This document shows, piece by piece, positions 9,099 to 14,509 of a stretch of DNA of 14,509 nt. The translations under genes and the position numbers were made by a program. Location: assembly GCA_965649225.1 (NCBI GenBank), contig CBFGJX010000029.1:1-14509 (forward strand), given 5' to 3'. Every line of letters begins with the position of its first letter. Positions within the stretch are counted from its first letter, which is position 1. This DNA is from a candidate division WOR-3 bacterium (GTDB taxonomy: Bacteria; Hydrothermota; Tepidihabitantia; Tepidihabitantales; Tepidihabitantaceae). The notes under the pieces are model-generated. The model saw only the letters and a program-made list of their open reading frames with translations, was not told the origin of the DNA and did not search any database.

Positions 9099-9530
9099 GA
9101 GAAGCCCAGCGCCGTACGGTGCCGATTGGCGCAACTGGCGGCAGGCAGCAGCGAAGCAGCCAGAGCGATACCCGACGCCGACTGGCTTATAATGTGAAGC
9201 TAAACTGACGGCGGTGGACAGACCGAAGCTATGACGCCAACCGACAATGACTTACAGGCAAAAGCCGCAAACACCCCCCCCGTTCCCCCTGCGGCCGGAC
9301 TCAGGCCGGAGCCGGTATTCGCTGACACGGACGGCTGCCGGGTGGTGGTCAGTCCGGAGCATCGCCCCGCTCGCCCAATCAGCACCGGTTTCGAACCAAT
9401 GCCGGCTTCGGGACAGCGTATCGGCAAGACCCGCTCCCTCGCACCGACAGCGGACTGCTGTCGCCACCGTGCCGGAGTGATTTTGCCCTGACCGCCATTC
9501 CCCGCCGCACTGCGCCGGCCTGCCGTTTGC

Positions 9531-9559
9531 TTGACCCTGTCCGACGCCGATACTAGACT
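9531..9559 (+). promoter_or_regulatory. Sigma70-type promoter of the FG-GAP/birA/coaX/tsaB operon
   Basis: TTGACC (9531-9536), 17-nt spacer, TAGACT (9554-9559). The GTG start follows 6 nt later. Confidence 0.65.
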
Positions 9560-9565
9560 GAGGCC

Positions 9566-11281
9566 GTGAGCCATTTGATTGCCGACATCGGAGCGGTTCG
9601 GGCCGCCGCGCTGCTGGGCGTGTTCGCCGCCGTTGCCGCCGGCGCAATCCCGCTGGGCAGTTCACCGTCGTGGACCTCAAGCGACAACGACTATTCGACC
9701 GGCGGGGCATTCGCCGACATCGACGCCAACGGCTGGCTGGACTACTGCATCTCCAACGGCAACGACATGGCCGACGACCAGAACAGCGTCTACTTCAACC
9801 GCAACGGCACGCTCGAGACCGTCGCGTCATGGCGCTCGTCGGACCGGGGCAATTTCGGCCACTGCTATGCCGGCGACGTGGACAATGACGGTCTGGTGGA
9901 CCTCGCGGTCGCCTACCTCGGGCCCAGCACGACCGGCGGCCTGTTCGCGCGCATCTACCGCAATACCGGCGCCACGCTCGGCCCGGCGCCGTGGTGGCGC
10001 GCCCGCGACCCGCACAGTTCGTTCGACTGTGCGCTGGGCGACTTTGACCTCGACGGCGACCTCGACCTCGCCATCTCGGCCGGCGACGCCTACTCCAGCC
10101 AGACCGACTCGGCCCGCATCTACCGCAACAACGGCGGAGTCTTCGACACCCTGCCCTGCTGGACCGCGCGCGACGGCCTGCCCTCGGACGCGGTGCGCTT
10201 CGCCGACATCGACAACGACGGCGACCTGGAGCTTTTCGTCGGCCAGGTCAACAACGCCCAGAACTGGGGCAAGGTGGTGATGTACCGCAACAACAGCGGC
10301 GTGCTGGAGGACATCCCGTCGTGGACCGCGCGCGCCGGAGTCGGCTGGGTGCTGCGACTGGAGTTCGGCGACTATGACCGCGACGGATTTCTGGACCTGG
10401 CGGTTGCATCCAATAACCAGACCGGCGAACCCAACAGCATCAAAGTTTTTCACAACAACGCCGGCCGTCTCGACACCATCGCCGCGTTCACGATGCTGCG
10501 CAGTCAGCGCTACTCGTCGTGCGTGGCCTGGGGCGATGCCAACGGCGACGGTTTTCCCGAGCTGGCCGCGGGTGGCTGGTGGGAACCGGTCGTGGTGTTC
10601 GAGAACCGCGCTGGCGTGCTCGACACGACGCCGACCTGGTCCTGGTCCCCGGCCAATCCCAACAATCTAGTCTGCGAGGCGCTGAGCTGGACCGAGGTCA
10701 ACAACGACCACCTGCAGGCCGGAGTTGACGTCTTCGACGGCAACGGCGTGCGCAAGCTGTTTCGCGCCACGCGCGCACCGCTGCAGTTTCTGGACAGCGT
10801 GACCGTCGGCGGCACACGCGTACCGTCTTCCGGCTTCTGTGCCGACCCGCAGGGCGCGTGGGTGAGCTTTGCCACTCCCCCGCCCGCCGGCACCGGCAAC
10901 GTGAGAATCCACTACCGCTGGTCCGGCCGCTGTGACCTCGGCGTGACCAACTGGGTGCGCAGCTATGGCAACCATCTCTTCCTGAACACGACGCCGGTAG
11001 CGCTCGCCGAGCCCGGCCTGTCCCGCTCCCGCGCGGCCCTGCGCGCCTGGCCCAATCCCGGGCGCGGCCCGGTGCGGTTCGCCGGCACACTCACGACCGA
11101 ACCGCTGCTGGTATTCGCTCCCGACGGCCGACTGGTGCGCAAGCTGTGGCCCGCAACCAGGGGCGCTTGGCTCTGGGATGGCCGTGATGCCACCGGCGCT
11201 GCGGCGCCACCCGGGCTTTATTTCGTCCGACCCGAATCCAGTCCGGCCGGGCTGAAGCTGGTCCGGCTTGCCGGCGAGTAG
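9566..11281 (+). CDS. Secreted FG-GAP/VCBS-repeat beta-propeller protein with C-terminal FlgD-Ig / T9SS-CTD-like domain
   Basis: Hydrophobic N-terminus. Six Ca-binding DxDxDG-type repeats (DIDANGWLD, DVDNDGLVD, DFDLDGDLD, DIDNDGDLE, DYDRDGFLD, DANGDGFPE) plus a split seventh. C-terminus is AWPNP...DGRLVRKL...WDGRD..G..APPGLYFVR. Confidence 0.9.
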   Translation: MSHLIADIGAVRAAALLGVFAAVAAGAIPLGSSPSWTSSDNDYSTGGAFADIDANGWLDYCISNGNDMADDQNSVYFNRNGTLETVASWRSSDRGNFGHCYAGDVDNDGLVDLAVAYLGPSTTGGLFARIYRNTGATLGPAPWWRARDPHSSFDCALGDFDLDGDLDLAISAGDAYSSQTDSARIYRNNGGVFDTLPCWTARDGLPSDAVRFADIDNDGDLELFVGQVNNAQNWGKVVMYRNNSGVLEDIPSWTARAGVGWVLRLEFGDYDRDGFLDLAVASNNQTGEPNSIKVFHNNAGRLDTIAAFTMLRSQRYSSCVAWGDANGDGFPELAAGGWWEPVVVFENRAGVLDTTPTWSWSPANPNNLVCEALSWTEVNNDHLQAGVDVFDGNGVRKLFRATRAPLQFLDSVTVGGTRVPSSGFCADPQGAWVSFATPPPAGTGNVRIHYRWSGRCDLGVTNWVRSYGNHLFLNTTPVALAEPGLSRSRAALRAWPNPGRGPVRFAGTLTTEPLLVFAPDGRLVRKLWPATRGAWLWDGRDATGAAAPPGLYFVRPESSPAGLKLVRLAGE

Positions 11282-11284
11282 GTT

Positions 11285-12043
11285 GTGATGCCCGGCCCGA
11301 CCGAACTACCCGGCCCGGTACTGGCACGGCTGGCCCGGTTTGGCCGGGTGCATCTGCTCGACACCGTCACCTCGACCAACGATTACGCTCTGTCACTGGC
11401 CGGCCGGCACGAACCGGCGGTGGTCATCGCCCGACGCCAGACCCGGGGCCGGGGCCGGTTACGCCGACCGTGGTATTCCGATGATGACAGCCTGACATTC
11501 TCGCTGCTGATTTTTCCGACCGAGACGGCCCAGATCGAGGCGGTCACGAGCATCATCGGGCTGGCACTCGCCCGCGCGCTTTCGGCCACCACCGGCATCG
11601 AGGCGCGGATTCGCTGGCCCAACGACATCACGGTCAAGGACCGCAAGCTCTGTGGCGTCCTCTGCGAGCGCCGGCGTGATGCAATTGCCGTCGGGGTCGG
11701 GCTGAACGTCAATCAAACTGAATTCCCGCCCGAACTGCCCGAAGCGGTCTCACTACGGCAGCTTACCGGCCGAACCTACAATCCTTTTGAACTGCTCGAA
11801 CCGGTGGTGGACGGATTTTTCGCGCTGCTGTCCACGGTCACGACAAACGGCACTGACGAGCTGGTCAAAGAGCTCAAGGAACGTTCGGCCGTGCTCCACC
11901 GCCGGGTCGAGGTAACGACAATGCTGCGCCGTCACGTCGGCACGGTCGTTGACCTTGACCGTGAGGGCCGCATCGTCCTGCGCACCGACAGCGGCAGGAT
12001 TGTCGTTCTTGCCGCCGGTCAGGTGCGCCGACTTTCCCAGTGA
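11285..12043 (+). CDS. birA: Biotin-[acetyl-CoA carboxylase] ligase (no N-terminal HTH)
   Basis: Motifs STNDYA, QTRGRGR, RWPND, KLCGVLCE and GVGLNV, with an SH3-like C-terminus. Start is GTG 11285 or ATG 11288. Confidence 0.93.
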   Translation: MMPGPTELPGPVLARLARFGRVHLLDTVTSTNDYALSLAGRHEPAVVIARRQTRGRGRLRRPWYSDDDSLTFSLLIFPTETAQIEAVTSIIGLALARALSATTGIEARIRWPNDITVKDRKLCGVLCERRRDAIAVGVGLNVNQTEFPPELPEAVSLRQLTGRTYNPFELLEPVVDGFFALLSTVTTNGTDELVKELKERSAVLHRRVEVTTMLRRHVGTVVDLDREGRIVLRTDSGRIVVLAAGQVRRLSQ

Positions 12044-12774
12044 TACTGACAGTCGCGGTGGGCAATACCAGCATCCGGCTGGCCGCTTTTGCCGGTCGGC
12101 GGATTGTGCTGCGTCGCAGCGCTCCCAGCGCCACTGCCCCGGCCACGATGCTGCCGGATTTGACCCCGACAGCGATTGGCGTTGCCTCGGTTGTTCCCCG
12201 TCTCACCGGTCGCTGGGTCCGCCAGCTTGTCCGGCGTTACCATGTCAGTCCGCTGGTACTGAAACCTGCAACGCCCACCGGATTGCGCTACGAGTATCCC
12301 CGCTCCCAGCTTGGTGCTGACCGCGTTTGCGCCGCGGTCGGCGCATTCAACCGCTGGCACACCAACCTGATTGTGATTGACTTTGGTACCGCGACAACGC
12401 TCAATGTCGTCTCGGCAGCCGGCGTGTTTCGCGGCGGGCTGATTCTGCCCGGGATTGCCGCACTGGAGACACTGCCGGCAAGGACAACCGCAGTGCTGCC
12501 CGCCCTTCGCCTGCGCCGTCCTGCCGCTCTGACCGGCCGCAGCACCAAAGCCGCGCTGACTGCCGGTCTGTGGCATCTGCTTGCCGGCGGCCTGGCCTCA
12601 GCCATCAATGCCTGCGACCGCCTGACCAGCCAGCCGCCGAAGCTGATTGTCACCGGTGGCGCCGCCGACCGTGGCCGCCGGCTGCTTCCCCGAGCGGCAA
12701 CACTGGACCGGGACCTGGTTCTGCGCGGGCTGGCCGACATCGTCCGCCTGAACTGTCCCGACAGCAATGAGTGA
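12040..12774 (+). CDS. coaX: Type III pantothenate kinase
   Basis: Motifs GNT, ASVVP, LGADR, IDFGTATT, GGLILPG and TGG. GTGA overlap with birA, a common birA-coaX arrangement. Confidence 0.92.
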   Translation: MILTVAVGNTSIRLAAFAGRRIVLRRSAPSATAPATMLPDLTPTAIGVASVVPRLTGRWVRQLVRRYHVSPLVLKPATPTGLRYEYPRSQLGADRVCAAVGAFNRWHTNLIVIDFGTATTLNVVSAAGVFRGGLILPGIAALETLPARTTAVLPALRLRRPAALTGRSTKAALTAGLWHLLAGGLASAINACDRLTSQPPKLIVTGGAADRGRRLLPRAATLDRDLVLRGLADIVRLNCPDSNE

Positions 12775-13486
12775 ACCACTGATCCTCGGCATCGAAACCA
12801 GCGGCCTGTGGACCGGCACCGCGCTGGTGCGCGGCCAGGCAATCCTGTTTGAACAGTCGCTCGGCCCGGGCACCGACCACAACGAGAAGATTGTCATGCT
12901 GATTGAGCAGGCACTGGTAAAAGCACCTGGCGGTTTGGAGGCCATCGAAGGTGTCGGCGTGGCAATCGGGCCAGGAATGTTCACTTCGCTGCGCGTCGGA
13001 CTGGCCGCGGCCAAGGCGGTTTGTCTGGTACGCAGCTGTCCGCTGCGCGGCATTGGTACGCTTGCGGCACTCGCGGCGTCGGTGACCGAGTCCGGCTCGG
13101 AACCGGTTCTGACTGTGGTCGATGCCCGCAAGAACCAGCTTTATGCGGCGCTGTGGCAACAGGACGGCCGCTGTCTGCTTGCACCGGCAGCGGTTGACAC
13201 CGCCGGTATTGCCGAGTGGCTGGCAACGACACTGCCGACCGGCGCCACACTGGTTATCACCGGCAACGGCCGTGAGCTGTGCCGTCAACGACTGGAAGAC
13301 AAGGGATACCGCTGCATTGCCGTCGCCCTCGACCACCCCCGGCCGGCAGCGATTGCCCGGCTGGCCGGAAACGACATCGCTACCGGAACCGTTGACGATT
13401 TGGAAAGTCTGACGCCCTGCTATCTGCGCCAGACCGATGCCGAGCTGGCCCGGGCCCGGCAAAACCCGGAACAACCCCGCAGCTGA
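12767..13486 (+). CDS. tsaB: tRNA threonylcarbamoyladenosine biosynthesis protein TsaB (YeaZ)
   Basis: ILGIETS, conserved His, GPGMFTSLRVG (canonical GPGSFTGLRIG), DARK and C-terminal P.YLR motifs. Overlaps coaX by 8 nt. Confidence 0.93.
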   Translation: MSEPLILGIETSGLWTGTALVRGQAILFEQSLGPGTDHNEKIVMLIEQALVKAPGGLEAIEGVGVAIGPGMFTSLRVGLAAAKAVCLVRSCPLRGIGTLAALAASVTESGSEPVLTVVDARKNQLYAALWQQDGRCLLAPAAVDTAGIAEWLATTLPTGATLVITGNGRELCRQRLEDKGYRCIAVALDHPRPAAIARLAGNDIATGTVDDLESLTPCYLRQTDAELARARQNPEQPRS

Positions 13487-13490
13487 GAAA

Positions 13491-13518
13491 GCTGCGCGCC
13501 GGTTGTCCGGCGCGCAGC
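13491..13518. terminator. Hairpin between convergent tsaB and tRNA-Sec; likely intrinsic terminator
   Basis: Perfect 12-bp stem gctgcgcgccgg / ccggcgcgcagc with a 4-nt loop, followed by TTTCTC on the minus strand. Confidence 0.75.
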
Positions 13519-13525
13519 CTCAATC

Positions 13526-13620
13526 TGGCGGAGGCGTGTAGGAATCGAACCTACCGGTCCACTTTTCGCAGACCATACGGATTTGAAGTCCGCCAGGCAC
13601 ACCAGCACCCATCCGCCTCC
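13526..13620 (-). tRNA. selC: tRNA-Sec (UCA anticodon)
   Basis: 95 nt: GGAGGCGG AT GGGTGC TGGT GTGCCT GGCGGA CTTCAAA TCCGTA TGGTCTGC GAAAA GTGGACCG GTAGG TTCGATT CCTAC ACGCCTCC GCCA. It has 8/5 acceptor/T architecture, a 6-bp D stem with 4-nt loop, a long variable arm, a G discriminator and encoded CCA. Confidence 0.97.
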
Positions 13621-13660
13621 ACAATCAGACTCCCGGCCGCTCGACCGACGCAGCCGGGTA

Positions 13661-14509
13661 CTAATGTGCGACCGGAACTTTACGGGTCAGCGTAATGTTG
13701 CCCGCCGGCCCGTCAAAGCTCAGCCGACAGAAATACACTCCGGTTGCCAGACCACTGCCGTCCAGCCCGGCGACAAAGAATCCCGGCTGACGCCAGCCCT
13801 GGTCCAGCGTGCGAACCCGTCGGCCACCGGCATCGAACAGCGCCAAATCAACAACCCCGGCCGCGGGCAGCACGTACTGAACTGTGCCGCGATTGACCAA
13901 CGGCAGCGGCCGAACCGGTCCGAACCGAAGTCGGCCTGTTTCGCGGGCCGGGCCGGCAATCGCCGTGACGCCGGCCAGACCGAACGATGTGTAACCGGTT
14001 GTTGCATAGCCCTCGGCGCTTATAACCACTGCCAGCTCAATGACTGAATCTGCCGGCAGCCGCACCGTCCGCAGCACCAGTTCATCACTGCCATTGGTCG
14101 CCTGGCCACCAACCGGAATGTCGCCCAGCACCGCGGTCGAATCCAGCATCACGCCGTCCGGCTCCAGCGAGCGCAACCGCAGTTGTGCACCGGTGGCAGC
14201 GGCAGCACCGCGATTGCGCACGGTCAGGCGAACCGTCAGGGTCTCGCCGGCCTCGAGCAGGCCATTGCCGTTGCCGTAAGGCGAGTCGCTGAACGTGACA
14301 CCGCTCAGCACCAGCCAGGGCCGTTCACGACCGACCGGCGGCAGAGTGGTAAACCGAATTGCCCGGCCGGCACCCAGCCAGGCCGCCGCCGGGTCGTAGT
14401 TGTTGTTATAGAGATACTGAATACCGACGGTCTGGTTCTGATTCTCGATTCCGACCGTGCAGCTCGAGCCAAGGGCAACGCGGCTGTAGAGGAAGACGAC
14501 ATCGCCGTC
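13661..14509 (-). CDS. C-terminal part of a large secreted protein (possibly C25/gingipain-like) with Ig-like and T9SS-CTD-like domains; 5' end outside window
   Basis: The frame is open from base 14509 (283 codons) and reads DGDVVFLY...CTVGIEN...QYLYN...GRAIRFTT, then GNGNGLLEAGET.TV.LTVRNRG, ending FDAGGRRVRTL...LATGVYFCRL...TRKV. No catalytic domain is visible in the window, so the peptidase call is inference. Confidence 0.8.
   Translation of the reverse strand, partial: DGDVVFLYSRVALGSSCTVGIENQNQTVGIQYLYNNNYDPAAAWLGAGRAIRFTTLPPVGRERPWLVLSGVTFSDSPYGNGNGLLEAGETLTVRLTVRNRGAAAATGAQLRLRSLEPDGVMLDSTAVLGDIPVGGQATNGSDELVLRTVRLPADSVIELAVVISAEGYATTGYTSFGLAGVTAIAGPARETGRLRFGPVRPLPLVNRGTVQYVLPAAGVVDLALFDAGGRRVRTLDQGWRQPGFFVAGLDGSGLATGVYFCRLSFDGPAGNITLTRKVPVAH

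Noticed and set aside
9132..9146. Resemblance to the selC 3' end as a possible att duplication
   Set aside because: Short gapped match in GC-rich sequence, and it would bracket housekeeping genes rather than the hsd operon.
9188..9193. Perfect TATAAT box
   Set aside because: No -35 or extended -10 element and no credible gene directly downstream.
9441..9472. Hairpin cgacagc-ggact-gctgtcg as a terminator or ncRNA
   Set aside because: No U tract, only one copy in the window, and no recognisable RNA family.
9200..9574. Short ORFs on both strands between hsdM and the FG-GAP gene
   Set aside because: No RBS, motif or protein-like composition, and the minus-strand ones overlap the promoter at 9531-9559.

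Overview
GC-rich bacterial DNA. The lineage is inferred, not proven: the secreted proteins with C-terminal Ig-like sorting domains resemble those of WOR-3/FCB-like organisms. A minus-strand Type I restriction-modification operon (about 1.4-9.1 kb) sits between two divergently transcribed host loci, with gene order hsdM - HhH-glycosylase-like ORF - hsdS - PD-(D/E)xK nuclease-like ORF (apparently frameshifted) - hsdR. On the left is a lipoprotein gene that runs off the window. On the right is a plus-strand operon (FG-GAP/VCBS beta-propeller protein, birA, coaX, tsaB), which converges on a terminator hairpin with tRNA-Sec (selC) and the 3' end of a large secreted protein gene. The most notable items are the two accessory DNA-acting genes inside the hsd operon, which are candidate defences against modified phage DNA, and a head-to-head 7-bp repeat array spanning the hsdS stop codon, flanked by a duplicated piece of the hsdS 3' end.
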